32,911 nt of DNA from Octopus bimaculoides (GCF_001194135.2 NC_068986.1:115104328-115137238), one strand, 5' to 3'. Shown: positions 11,972 through 23,937, counted from the stretch's first letter. Notes: generated by a model not told the origin, from the sequence alone. Numbers and translations are program-made.

Positions 11972-12035
11972 TAAAGTGCCAAACACTGGGACTGAACTTG
12001 AAACATGGTTGGGAAGCAAACTGCTTCACTACACA
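11972..12035 (-). mobile_element. SINE A head fragment
   Basis: GTGCC..ACTGGGACTGAAC..CATGGTTGGGAAGCAAAC..ACTACACAG. Confidence 0.75.
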
Positions 12036-12054
12036 GAGACAGACAGACAGACAA

Positions 12055-12101
<47 letters not shown>

Positions 12102-12145
12102 CATACATACATACATACATACATAAAGAGTGAGAGAGAGAGAGA
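12036..12145. repeat. (AGAC)n(AGAT)n(ACAT)n(AG)n compound microsatellite
   Basis: Direct inspection. Confidence 0.95.
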
Positions 12146-12407
12146 AATTTGGTGGGACAGTTAGTGGTATGTGGTTAAGAAGCAAAGATTGATTACAGTT
12201 TGATAAGTGGAAGAACCCCTTTAATTAAGGGCATCTGAAGTGACTAAAATTAGGGTTTTAGTCACTTATGTGACTAAAAGTGAAGGTCCTACATACACAG
12301 TATATAGAACCTTCATTTCCTTCTTGTTATATTTTGTGTGAAATAAAGCATCATTTGTCAAACTATTTATTCTCCTCTCTTTGTGAATTATTTATATTGT
12401 ATGTATA

Positions 12408-12830
12408 TAGGTGCAGATGTGGCTGTGTGGTTAAGATGCTTGCTTCCCAACCATGTGGTCTTGGGGTTTAGTCCCACTGCATGGCACCTGGGGCAAGTGT
12501 CTTTTTCTACAGCCCTGGGTCAATGAAAGCTTGTGAGTGGATTTGGTAGATAACAATTGAAAAAAGATCATAGTGAATGTGTGTGTGCGTGCACATGTTG
12601 CAGTTTCCTCACCTTAATATCACAATAGTTGTAAACAAGTGTCACTGTTATTCATGCAGTGTCCTTCATTTCTAGTCTCCTGTGAAAACATGTCTGGTCT
12701 TGGGGAATTAATATCCTACTTGGAAACAGTTGAGGGTTAGCAACAGGAAGGGCATCCAGCCATAGAAAATCTGCTTCAATAAACTCCTGACTCATGCAAG
12801 CATGGAAAAGTGGACATTAAATCGATGAAA
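12408..12830 (+). mobile_element. Full-length SINE family A2 with RTE-like tail
   Basis: Head GTGGCTGTGTGGTTAAGATGCTTGCTTCCCAACC; tail AGGAAGGGCATCCAGCCATAGAAAATCTGC..CATGCAAGCATGGAAAAGTGGACATTAAA. Confidence 0.88.
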
Positions 12831-13294
12831 GCAGGCTGTCATGAAATAAAGACAATTTGATTGCTATTTCTAATTCGTCAAATGACCACATAGAAGTTTC
12901 CAAACAAAATTCAGTTGTTGATGTGACAGACTGAGAGCTTACAACCGGGTGTGAGGATGAGTACAAGTTGTTGTTGGTGTGTGAGGGCGACTGAGGGTGA
13001 ATGTGAGTGAAGGTGACTGGAAAGTGGTCCCTAATAGAAAGGGCATCCCACCACAGACACTGTGTGAAACAGAGCACACAAGTAAGACATGATTTGAAAG
13101 GGAATTGGGCTCTGACAATCCTTCTAACCCATACCAGTTTAGAAAAAAATAAAGAAAAGTAAATCAACGACAATGACAGCAATACGAATGAGATGCAAGT
13201 GACCCAGGAGGGATTGAAGCTATAGATAATCCCTCTATTTCTGAGATTATCTGGTTCAATTGGAAAGATCTGAAGAATATTGGTTTGCAGTTTG

Positions 13295-13650
13295 NNNNNN
13301 NNNNNNNNNNNNNNNNNNNNNNNNNNNNNNNNNNNNNNNNNNNNNNNNNNNNNNNNNNNNNNNNNNNNNNNNNNNNNNNNNNNNNNNNNNNNNNNNNNNN
13401 NNNNNNNNNNNNNNNNNNNNNNNNNNNNNNNNNNNNNNNNNNNNNNNNNNNNNNNNNNNNNNNNNNNNNNNNNNNNNNNNNNNNNNNNNNNNNNNNNNNN
13501 NNNNNNNNNNNNNNNNNNNNNNNNNNNNNNNNNNNNNNNNNNNNNNNNNNNNNNNNNNNNNNNNNNNNNNNNNNNNNNNNNNNNNNNNNNNNNNNNNNNN
13601 NNNNNNNNNNNNNNNNNNNNNNNNNNNNNNNNNNNNNNNNNNNNNNNNNN
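13295..13650. other. Assembly gap
   Basis: Run of N. Confidence 1.
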
Positions 13651-13792
13651 TATATACATACATACAGTTTTGATACAAAACTCTATGATGAATGGGAATG
13701 TGAAACTCTGAGTGGCAGTTTTTTGTGATATTTTTGTGAAATTTTTGCAGCTTTAATAATAAAGTATGTATATAAAATTATTTCTTTTGAGT

Positions 13793-14115
13793 GTTGGGCC
13801 TGATGGAGGCAAAGTGGCTGAGTTCCTTTTAAGTGTTGGGCCTCACAGAAGCAATGACCAAGACCTTTGGCATTATGTCATGCTTGAGAAGAAGACCCAT
13901 CAAGCTGAGTAACATTGCAGTCATGGCAGATACGAGTGTCATGCAAATGGCACCTGTGCTGGTGGCATGTAAAAGCACCCAGCTGTAGAAAAACATGCTA
14001 AATCAGACTAGAGCCTGATGCAGCCTTCCAGTATGCCAGCCCAGTCAAACCGTCCAGCCCATGCCAGCATGGACAACGGACGTTAAATGATGATGATGAT
14101 GATGATGATGATGAA
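13793..14115 (+). mobile_element. RTE-LINE 3' UTR/tail (42-bp-subunit variant), internally deleted
   Basis: Matches 26400-26795; ends in CCATGCCAGCATGGACAACGGACGTTAAA(TGA)n. Confidence 0.85.
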
Positions 14116-14212
14116 GATGGTCAGTAGTTCATATGTCCGAAAAAGAAGCCCATTCTAAAACATTAAAGCAGTCATGTATTTTTCAGGGAGTTAAAACTTA
14201 TGGCTGGTCATA

Positions 14213-14272
14213 GAGTGACCACTGGTTTTGCACTTATAAAGTGCTTAGCAGTATAGGTGGCTCATCAGACTC
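14213..14272 (-). ncRNA. Hammerhead-ribozyme-like motif (left arm) with stem I but GAAA->AAAA
   Basis: Minus strand reads GAGT-CTGATGA-GCCACCTATA...TATAAGTGC-AAAA-CCAGTGG-TC-ACTC; stem I is GAGT/ACTC. Confidence 0.55.
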
Positions 14273-14278
14273 AAATAC

Positions 14279-14335
14279 CTGATGAGTCGCCTATACAGCA
14301 AAGTGCCTTTATAGGTGCGAAACCAATGGTCGCTC
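14279..14335 (+). ncRNA. Hammerhead-ribozyme-like core (right arm)
   Basis: CTGATGA, stem II (G.CGCCTATA/TATAGGTGC), GAAA, stem III (CC-AAT-GG), TC (GUC triplet ending at 14331). Confidence 0.6.
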
Positions 14336-14386
14336 TATGACTGGCCATAACTTTTAACTTCCTAATATATATATATGGAAAGTGTC

Positions 14387-14597
14387 AAGCTGGCAGAGAC
14401 GTTAGGACGCTGGGCAAAGTACTTAGTGGTATTTCGTCTGTCTTTATGTTCTGAGTTCAAATTCTGCCGAAGTCGACTTTGCCTTCATCATATCAGGGTT
14501 GATAAATTAAGTACCAGGTGTGTACTGGGGTCATTCTAATCGACTGGCCCCCTCCCCAAAAAATTTCAGGCCTTGTACCTAGAGTGGAAAAGAACAT
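14387..14597 (+). mobile_element. SINE family B
   Basis: AGCTGGCAGA head, GAGTTCAAAT B-box, GTCGACTTTGCCTT central motif, and tail GGCCTTGTACCTAGAGTGGAAAAG. Confidence 0.88.
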
Positions 14598-14631
14598 ATA
14601 TATATATATATATATACAGACACATATATAG

Positions 14632-15017
14632 AAGGTGGCGAGCAGGCAGAAACGTTAGGACGCTGGGCGAAATGCTTAGTGGTATTTCGTCTGTCTTTCT
14701 GTCTTTACGTTCTGAGTTCAAATTCCACTGAGGTTGACTTTGCCCTACATCCTTTTGGGGGGGGGNNNNNNNNNNNNNNNNNNNNNNNNNNNNNNNNNNN
14801 NNNNNNNNNNNNNNNNNNNNNNNNNNNNNNNNNNNNNNNNNNNNNNNNNNNNNNNNNNNNNNNNNNNNNNNNNNNNNNNNNNNNNNNNNNNNNNNNNNNN
14901 NNNNNNNNNNNNNNNNNNNNNNNNNNNNNNNNNNNNNNNNNNNNNNNNNNNNNNNNNNNNNNNNNNNNNNNNNNNNNNNNNNNNNNNNNNGGGCCTTGTG
15001 CCTAGAGTAGAAAAGAA
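14632..15017 (+). mobile_element. SINE family B, second tandem copy interrupted by a gap (14766-14990)
   Basis: Head GGTGGCGAGCAGGCAGAAACGTTAGG; tail GGCCTTGTGCCTAGAGTAGAAAAGAAT. Confidence 0.85.
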
Positions 15018-15021
15018 TATA

Positions 15022-15060
<39 letters not shown>

Positions 15061-15799
15061 AGAGAAAGTGAGAGAGAGGGAGAGAGAGAAAGATGAAAAA
15101 CACTTCCACAGAGTTAGACACTGTTTGACACTATCAGAAGGCTGTAAACATAAGTGTGTCACAAGATACACACACACACAGATACGCATATACAGCTACA
15201 CACTCACACACACATTTATGTATGAGACTGTGACGACAATGTCATCAGTATGTGGCTGAAAGCGCAGGCAGGCAGACAGGCAGGCAGGCAGAGAGGATGT
15301 CTGAATACATTGTGAAGACCAGTGTATATATTGATCTAGATGTTTCTGTCATGTCATCTCAAGTCTGTGGGAATCTATGACACATACATATAGACACATA
15401 CACATACATACACACACACAAACACACAAGAATGCACAATAGCTAAGTGTAATCAGACCACCAACACCAGCACCAGCACCAGGGCCACCGCTGCCACCAC
15501 CACCACCATCACCACCGATGCCAGACAATCTTGTCATTCTAACCAATGTCTTCATCTAGTCTGACACAAAAGACATCTCTTTAGAGTTTTGTGGCACTGA
15601 CTAAGCTTGAATAGGTGGTGGTGGTGGTGGTGGTGGTGGTGGCGTTATTGGCGGGGTCGGGTGTGTGCTGTCGTTGCCGTGGTGGTGGTTGTGGTGGTGG
15701 TGGGTGTGGTGCAAAGTGGCAATGGTGATGACATAGAACAGTAATGTGTGATGAAGCAGGTGACTGGAGCTGACATCTTCACTGCAACAACTATTTCAG

Positions 15800-15930
15800 A
15801 TATATACACATATATATACACATATACAAACATACATACACACAAACACACCCGTATATGTATATGTATATATGTGTGTGTGTATATGAATATTTGTATG
15901 TATATATATTATACACATATACACACACAA

Positions 15931-15961
<31 letters not shown>

Positions 15962-16042
15962 AACACACACATACATATACACATATATATACATACATAT
16001 ATATATATATATATAAACACACACATACATATACACATATAT

Positions 16043-16094
<52 letters not shown>

Positions 16095-16151
16095 ATATAC
16101 ACATATATACCTATGTTCATACGCATGTATAGATTTACGCACACACACACG

Positions 16152-16182
<31 letters not shown>

Positions 16183-16371
16183 ATATATGTGTGTGTATAT
16201 GTATATTTATATGTATGTATATATATATTATATGCACATATACACACACAAATATATATATATATATATACATACGTACATGTATACAAATATATACATA
16301 TGTACATACACATGTATACACACACACATATATATATGTACATGCATACACATATGCCTATATTTGTTCAT

Positions 16372-16412
<41 letters not shown>
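15800..16412. repeat. Large compound TA/CA microsatellite with a recurring ~55-60-bp higher-order unit
   Basis: ACACACATACATATACACATATATA recurs near 15965, 16020 and 16085. It explains the many Y/I/T/H-rich ORFs. Confidence 0.92.
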
Positions 16413-16414
<2 letters not shown>

Positions 16415-17037
16415 TGTTATGTATGTTGTTGAAGTGAGAGCCAAGGTAAACCTAGTTGTGTGTCTTGTTAATTAATGAGACATGTCAATCATGAGAGACA
16501 GGTGAGAGGTGTCCAGGTGTGGGCCAGAGGGTGAAAAGAAAGAAGATAGCAAAATAAAAAAAAAGGGGGACTTGGGGGCAGCGGTGGCGGTGCAGACGAG
16601 CGAGCGATGCTGTTGCCAGTTCCGAACTTGCTAATGTTTGTAAAAGATTAATGAAATGCATTCCAGTCATAAGCAAATGAACCGTCTTTTAGTTTTTACT
16701 TGTTATAGTCATGTGTGGTCATGCTGGGGCACTACCTGGTTTTTAAACTTGGTACTTGTTCTATCAGTCTCTTCTGAATATACACTAATCACTTGTCATA
16801 TCATGGTTCACCCATCGTGCTCTCAGTATATCAGGGATTTTTCTGGCTAATATATGTAAATTTATATTGCAGACTCCTCAGTATATCACGGGTTTCTGTG
16901 GCTGATAGGTAATTAAGTGTTTTTAGATTTTAATTATTTCTGTGGTAAAATAAGCATTTTTATGCCTAAAAATTAATAAATAAAAATACAGCATTGTATA
17001 ACACATTAATTAAAATATATTAAATACACCATTTTGA

Positions 17038-17255
17038 ATGTGGCCGTTGCCAGTACCACCTGACTGGCCTTCGTGCCGGTGGCACGTAAAAGCACCCACT
17101 ACACTCTCAGAGTGGTTGGTGTTAGGAAGGGCATCCAGCTGTAGAAACTCTGCTAAATTAGATTGGAGCCTGGTGTAGCCATCTGGTTCACCAGTCCTCA
17201 GTCAAATCGTCCAACCCATGCTAGCATGGAAAGCGGACGTTAAACGATGATGATA
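17038..17255 (+). mobile_element. 5'-truncated RTE-type 3' tail
   Basis: GCCAGTACCACCTGACTGG...GGAAGGGCATCCAGCTGTAGAAA...GGACGTTAAACGATGATGAT. Confidence 0.88.
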
Positions 17256-17982
17256 TTAAAAGAAAATACATAGTGTATTGTACATGAGTAAACAAAGAAT
17301 CGCGCATACTGTATGGAAAACGAAACTCAGGAGGCGAGAGTGTGGTTTTGTTTTGCATTTATAATAAAATAAATATATGCAAATTATAAAAATAAGAAAA
17401 AATACAGTACTGTTTCTACTTCATGAATTTTCACCTATCACAAGGCGTTTTGGAATGTAACACCTGCGATAATTGAGGGATTATTCTAGCTTAACTTCTA
17501 CCACAGTAATATATCTTGCTCATAGTACAAAGCTTCTACCAAAGTAACATGTGTTGGCTAAGATATAGTAGAACATTACCCACCCCCATCATGGAGACAC
17601 GTACTAATGGTGACATATTATGGCTACTGTAGTTCGTATCAAGAAAGTCTACAGATGGTCAATAATCATAATATCTTTCACTTCTTCAAATTTCATAGTT
17701 CTAATATAAAATGATAAAGTGAATTCTAATTTAAAAAAAAAAATTATTGAATTAAAACAAATTTCTCATTTGTATATTTCCAATAAATATAGAGTTATTA
17801 AAAACAATAATGTTTAATTCTCAATTAATTAAAGGTGTAACATGACTAGATACTACCAAGAAATTTCTTTCAAGATTTTGGTTGTCTCAGGGAGAGAGAG
17901 TAGAAAACACTTGTCCAAGTTTCCATGCAGTGAGACTGAACTCCAAAAATATGGTGGAGAAGCTAACTTCTTAACATTAAAA

Positions 17983-18162
17983 GGTGGCTGAGTGGTAGGA
18001 AGTTTGCTTCCCAACTGCATAGTTCCAGGTTCAGTCCCACTACATAGTGAATGGATTGGATAGACAGAAACTAAAAGAAACAAACGAGTCTGTGGCAATG
18101 TTAATTCATTACTGGCGGTACTCCAGCATGGCCAAAGCCTTAGGGCTGAAACATGTAAAAGA

Positions 18163-18193
<31 letters not shown>

Positions 18194-18560
18194 TGTATGC
18201 ATGCACGCATGCATGCAAGCACGCACGCACGCACGCATGTACATATGTACGTACGTATGTATGTACGTATGTATGTATGTATGCATGCATGCATGCATCT
18301 GTGTGTGTGTCTGTGTTACTATCTCCTTGTCTTAACATCACGTGATAGCTGTAAACGAGTGTCACCATCATACAAGCAGTGTTATTTGTTTCCAGTCTTC
18401 TATGAAAACATGTCCAGCCAGGAGGAAATATTACCTTGCTTGGAAACAGGTGAGGGTCGGTGACAGCGAGGGCATCCAGCTGTAGAAACCCTGTCTCAAC
18501 AAATTCCATCTAACCCATGCAAGAAAGGAAAAGTGGACATTAAAACACTAACAGTGAATG
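17983..18560 (+). mobile_element. Composite SINE A (deleted head + A1-type tail + microsatellite + A2 body/tail)
   Basis: Head at 17983-18080; GGCGGTACTCCAGCATGGCC..GCTGAAACATGTAAAAG at ~18113-18162; A2 body at 18320-18545. Confidence 0.75.
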
Positions 18561-18565
18561 ATAAT

Positions 18566-18599
<34 letters not shown>

Positions 18600-18749
18600 T
18601 ATACACTTCGCTCACCATTCAGTTCAACACTATCCCCTTCATCATTGGCATCCACTCTGTGGCATGTATTCAGGCCAGGTTTCTGGCCTATAATGGGTCA
18701 TGCATACTGCCTTCCTCTGTGACTGAAAGATAGATATATGACAATACAG

Positions 18750-18803
<54 letters not shown>

Positions 18804-19291
18804 TTCTATGTATGTATACTCACACACACACACACACACACACACCATATACAAGCAGTATACATAGATGTGTGTGCATACACACACACACACACACACA
18901 AAGAGAGGCAGAGAGAGAGAGAGGAGTGTGAATGAAAGAAGCAGGGCTAGTATGCTGTTGCCGCTTGACTAACCATCGGTTAAAAACAGATGTGCAAAGC
19001 AAACAGAATGTTGTGAAACATCTCAGTGGGGGTTGCCATGGGTGGGTGTACTAGGGGAAGGAATGAAGGCAGGGTGGAGCAACTGCTCTGTGGGGTTGGG
19101 CACAAAAATAAGGCCAATAAAACAATCATTTCTCTCCCTCTCTCTCTTTTTCTTTGTCTTTGCCTTTAATGTTGTTCTGGTTGTCGTTAATGTATGTCGT
19201 AGCCTCCCCCCCCACCACCATTATGATTTCCTTATAAATAAATATAATTCCTTGTGTTTCATCAGCAAGTCATTAGCATTATAACAACAAC

Positions 19292-19325
<34 letters not shown>

Positions 19326-19327
<2 letters not shown>

Positions 19328-19497
19328 AGGTGGTGAGCTGGCAGAATCATTAGCATGCTGGGATAAAATGCTTAGCAATATTTTGCCCATCACTATGTTC
19401 TGAGTTCAAATTCCGCCAAAGTTGACTTTACCTTTCATCCTTTCGGGGTCAATAAAGTAAGTACCAGTTACATATTGGGTTGATCTAATCGACTGGT
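19326..19497 (+). mobile_element. SINE family B
   Basis: GGTGGTGAGCTGGCAGAA...GAGTTCAAATTCCGCC...TTTCATCCTTTCGGGGTCAATAAA. Confidence 0.88.
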
Positions 19498-19575
19498 ATC
19501 ATACAGTGGGACTGAACTGGGGACCATGTGGTTGGGAAGCAAGCTTCTTACCACACAGCCACTCCTGTGCCTATA
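19498..19575 (-). mobile_element. SINE A head fragment
   Basis: CAGTGGGACTGAAC..CCATGTGGTTGGGAAGCAAGCTTCTTACCACACAGCCAC. Confidence 0.85.
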
Positions 19576-19580
19576 TTTGT

Positions 19581-19692
19581 TCTGCTATGGTTGATTTCTG
19601 CTATGGTTGATTTCTGCTATGGTTGATTTCTGCTATGGTTGATTTCTGCTATGGTTGATTTCTGCTATGGTTGATTTCTGCTATGGTTGATT
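19581..19692. repeat. Perfect minisatellite (TCTGCTATGGTTGATT)x7
   Basis: Seven identical 16-bp units counted. Confidence 0.97.
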
Positions 19693-19765
19693 TTGTCTGT
19701 CATCCTTTTGGAGTCGATAGAATATGTATTAGTCAAACGCTGGGGGTCGAAGTGATCACCTTAAA
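19693..19765 (+). mobile_element. Degenerate SINE B central fragment continuing from the minisatellite
   Basis: TCATCCTTTTGGAGTCGATAGAAT..GGGGTCGA. Confidence 0.6.
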
Positions 19766-20194
19766 TCCTCCCCACCCACCACAAACCGCTGTCTTCGTGT
19801 CGAAATCTGAGATCAATATTGTAGGATATGATCTGACGGAGATTCTACTGCTATTCCCTGTATGGTGAGACTTAACGATTGATCTGATGGGAGAAGGCAG
19901 AGAGAAACAGATTGAAGAAGCAATATCTGTGTATTATTGTAGATAATAACATTTACCACAGCAAGAATTGAACTCAGAACCCAGTGCAATGAGACTAACA
20001 TGCTAAAAGACATTAGTGTAACATACTATTACAACTACCCCCACCTCCCCCACGCCTTTCGTTATCATTAGTGTTTACAACAAATTAAGTGAAATTAGGC
20101 TTACTTCCTCCTCATTGATGCTCTCCTGCCATGGAGATATTTAAAGTATAAATCAAGATGTTATTTAGCCCCAACAAAATCCTGATTGAATAAA

Positions 20195-20355
20195 CCCTTC
20201 ACCAAAGGTATTTCACCCATGACCATCCCGTCTTTTTCATAGGCATGGGCCACCTTGGTTTACACTATCTAATGTGTCCTTTTCTAAGACGGTAAGGTGT
20301 AAATGGAGGGTGATTTGACTGCTATTTCTAGCAGATTGGACGACCATCAAATGGC
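20195..20355 (-). mobile_element. Family E copy
   Basis: CATGACCATCCCGTCTTTTT...GACTGCTATTTCTAGCAG. Confidence 0.7.
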
Positions 20356-22874
20356 TTCCTGGATGGTTCAGCAAGACAAGATGTTTGGCAAAATAATTAG
20401 AGAGGCCTTATTGTTTTAAAAGATGTCCAAAGTATTAAGTCTTGTGAAAGAGCCTGCTGAGCTATCTTCACCATTTAAAAGGAATAATAGTGAAAATATG
20501 ACTTTTCCTTCACTTAGATTAACCATTAAGTGAATAATGACATAAACATAAACAGAGAGGCGAGGGATGTAAGGCTGTTATTAAGATTGTGTTTATACAT
20601 TATTTTTGTTTTAATAACCTAATTCTGGATAACTCCTATGGCAAAACACACACGCACACGCACACACACACACACAAACAGACATATATACAGGAAGACA
20701 CTGCGTAATTGTCCAGGCGTCAGACACAGTGGTAGAGATATTGGGAGTACAAATATATGTCCATAGGATAAATATACAGTACGTAGCTGTTGACTAGATA
20801 TCTATCTATCTATCTATCTATCCATATATCTATCTATCTATATATCTATCTAACTATATCCATCCATATATATAAATATATATATGTAAATATATATATA
20901 TACACACACATTCACACATCATATATATAAATAGATAGATGGATAGCTAGGGATATAAATAGAGAGGTAGATAGACTAATAGACTCAGTGTGCAGATGAT
21001 GATCAGATAAAAATAGTCTGTAGATATTGGGTGTATTGATTGAAGCAGTGTTTAAATTAAGAGGTTGAGACAAGGATCTAGATTTTGATGGGTCAGACAG
21101 GTAAATCAGACAGAGACAGTAAGTGTTGACTGGAAAGACAGACAATTTGTTGATATCATCTGATTTACATGGATTAGTTTGGAGAGGAAAACCTGGAGAG
21201 TTAGCTGTTAGTGAACAGGTTTTGAGTTAGAAAGCAAAGTAAAAAGGTAAACATAGTTGTTGAGTGGCGCCGAGAAGACAGGATGGTCATGAGTGGAACA
21301 ACTTTGTAAGTTTGCTACATCAGGGATTAACTGGCTTAAACAACAAAAGCTTATAGTTGACCACCAGATAATAAAAGTAGGGAATACAATATATTTGTGT
21401 CAGTCAGATAAATCAAAGTGGAATAAATAACGATGTGCTCTGCAAGCACACGGTAGAATGGTCACTATAGAAGTGTGGCTTGAACATCTGGCCGTTTGGT
21501 CAGTGTTACAAGACTTTAACTTCACAGATATGGTGGTAATGAACAAAGTAAGACCAGAGAGGAAAAATAATTCAAAGATCTACTACCTCTGCTGTCAACA
21601 AAGAGTCTCTCCCTCAGAGTGAAAGTTAAATTGTATTATGTTTGTGTGCAGTGAGACATGGACCCAAATTTGACAAATGCCTCACTGGGATGGCAAGTGC
21701 ACAGGACAACATAAACGCTGTACATACACAAGGCACACACAGACAGACAGAGAAGAATAGTGGGGTGATGTTGTTTTGTTGAACTGCTTCTGCTACCAAA
21801 ACTGCATTCAGAGAGGACATAAATAGGTAGAAAAAGAAGTGTTTTTGCTAATAAAGAAGATTATGAAGCAGCATCATGCTCAAAGACACTGATCTATGAT
21901 GGACACGAGGTCCATTCTAACCAGGTTGAATTTGAAAACTCTTTTAACCATGCCTGGTTCATCTCTTTCTTCTTCCATTTTGAATTTTATATTAATTTGA
22001 AACATTTAATGCAAGATGTCAGCAAAGAAAATGGGGAAGTAAAAAAAAAAATGATGATGATGATAATGATGATGATGATGATGATGATGATAAAGACAAT
22101 GGTGATGATGATGATTTGAAACGTATGCTTTGAAGCCTCCTCACTTTTATACTATTAAAGTCAGGGATACTGTCAGTTTATTGGTAGACAGTTAAAGAAA
22201 GGAGTACTCTTAAAGTAAGGGTTCAGCCCTTTCATTGGTAGACTAAAAACTTAAAGGAAGGATAGATGTGATGTTGCAAATCCACAGCAGAACCACAAAC
22301 TGCTCCCTGATGCATCTAACAGACTACAAAATGCCTTCCATTTTGTCTGACAACAGCTTCTTTAATTGGCAGTGTGTGCATGGCACACACGCACGTGTGT
22401 GTGAGTGCATATGTGTTCACATGCAAATACACACAAACATCCACACAACCAATCATACCAACTTACCAACACAGGCACCACAAACGTGAGCACAGATACC
22501 TACACACCCTGATCCCATCCAACATCCAGACAGAAACTAAACACAACTTCAGGTTACAAAGATTTATTTTAAATGAAAAAAAAGCTGCCAATTTTGCTGT
22601 AGAAGTAACACAGGCAATTAGTGACACTTTACCCCCACCCCCCAATATCTGACTGGTATTATAATTAATGGGAAATTTAGAGGGCAGAAAGGCAAAACTG
22701 ACCAATCAACTTCAATCTTGCTTCATTGAGACAAAGCAGCGTCCATTATTCTTCGAATGATTTCTGTGACTCTTGGGCTTAACTCAGAGTGGACTCTACA
22801 AAACATATCTAAGGTGCCTGGTGATGTTGTCAAACTGGGCAACAGATTAATTTTTGCCACAACAAGGGCAACAG

Positions 22875-23060
22875 CAGGATTTGAATTCAGAACACAAAAA
22901 CTGGGAACAAATACTGCAAGACATGATGTTACGTTGATACATGTGTTTGACTCCAAAAGGATGAAAGGTAAAGGTGGGATTTGAAACTAGAATGCTGAGT
23001 TTTGGAATAAATACTATAAGGCATTCTTTCCAACACTTTAACGACTCTGCCACCTTGCAT
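22875..23060 (-). mobile_element. Degenerate SINE B-like fragments
   Basis: GGATTTGAATTCAGAAC, CTCCAAAAGGATGAAAGGTAAAG, and AACGACTCTGCCACC. Confidence 0.6.
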
Positions 23061-23187
23061 GTGCGTGTACGCATGTGCGTGTACGCATGTGTGTGTGCGT
23101 GTGAGTATGTGTAGTTGATTCAGACAACAGTAACACCTGCATCTGTTAAGTACATTAACCTGTCATCGTCGCCATCTCACCTTGTAG

Positions 23188-23296
23188 AATTAGTTGTTTC
23201 TTCTCCAAAGTCAATAAAGTCAAAGAAGCCAAGGTTTGGCCCAGAGATGGATGGAAAGATGGAATTTTATTCTTGGCACCAAGAGGTCAGTGACAG
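23188..23296 (+). other. Candidate internal exon (unverified)
   Basis: Acceptor catctcaccttgtAG, donor CAG|GTAAAT, and an open frame LVVSSPKSIKSKKPRFGPEMDGKMEFYSWHQEVSD. No homology recognised. Confidence 0.2.
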
Positions 23297-23626
23297 GTAA
23301 ATAACTCACAGAAAGGAATTTCTGGCAAATCGCCTAAACCAAGACCCACAACAGAATATCAAGAATGAAGAAGAAAAATATGGCATGAACTTTTGTGGAA
23401 TAAATCCTTGACTTCAAGAGATTCTGGAAGTCTTCAGTTATTTATTTACTGATTTACTTCAGTAATATATAGTTTCAGGAGAAAGAACCAACCTACAACT
23501 TCTCATTGAAGCTGAGCCTGCTGCCCACTCCTCCCACGCACACAGAGAACAACATACTGCCGAAAGGAGGGGGATCCATGTATTTTCTTTTTATAAATTA
23601 TTTTGTAGTTAGTTCTCCAGAGAATA

Positions 23627-23668
<42 letters not shown>

Positions 23669-23808
23669 GCATGTAAGGTAGTATGATAGTGGTGGAGGTT
23701 GCAGTGGTGATATGACTGTGCATAGTTTTCATAACATACCTCTCTACAAATACTGGATGTGAACACACACACACACACACACACAAAGGAACATGCAATT
23801 ATTCATGA

Positions 23809-23855
<47 letters not shown>

Positions 23856-23898
23856 NNNNNNNNNNNNNNNNNNNNNNNNNNNNNNNNNNNNNNNNNNN
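23856..23898. other. Assembly gap between (TC)n and (AT)n
   Basis: Run of N. Confidence 1.

Positions 23899-23937
<39 letters not shown>

Larger units (their letters stand above)
14185..14363. mobile_element. Fold-back element: ~84-bp inverted arms with a 10-nt spacer
   Basis: 14185-14268 is the reverse complement of 14279-14363, with ~14 mismatches and 1 gap by hand alignment. Confidence 0.92.

Noticed and set aside
6952-15189. ORFs spanning N-runs
   Set aside because: Artefacts of assembly gaps.
15748-16475. Long ORFs (up to 229 aa) rich in Y/I/H/T/C/V, and similar ones at 113-373, 1346-1963, 17853-18509, 28228-29084 and 32473-32885
   Set aside because: They are translations of TA/CA/TATG microsatellites, which lack stop codons in some frames.
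19581-19692. Direct-repeat array as CRISPR
   Set aside because: No spacers, eukaryotic context, and no cas genes.
21150-21830. Unique-looking stretch with short open frames and an AG at ~21652
   Set aside because: No consistent frame, canonical donor or recognisable motif.
23310-23360. EFLANRLNQDP resembling the P-element/THAP9 RLNQDPLEN motif
   Set aside because: Single short match without other transposase motifs.
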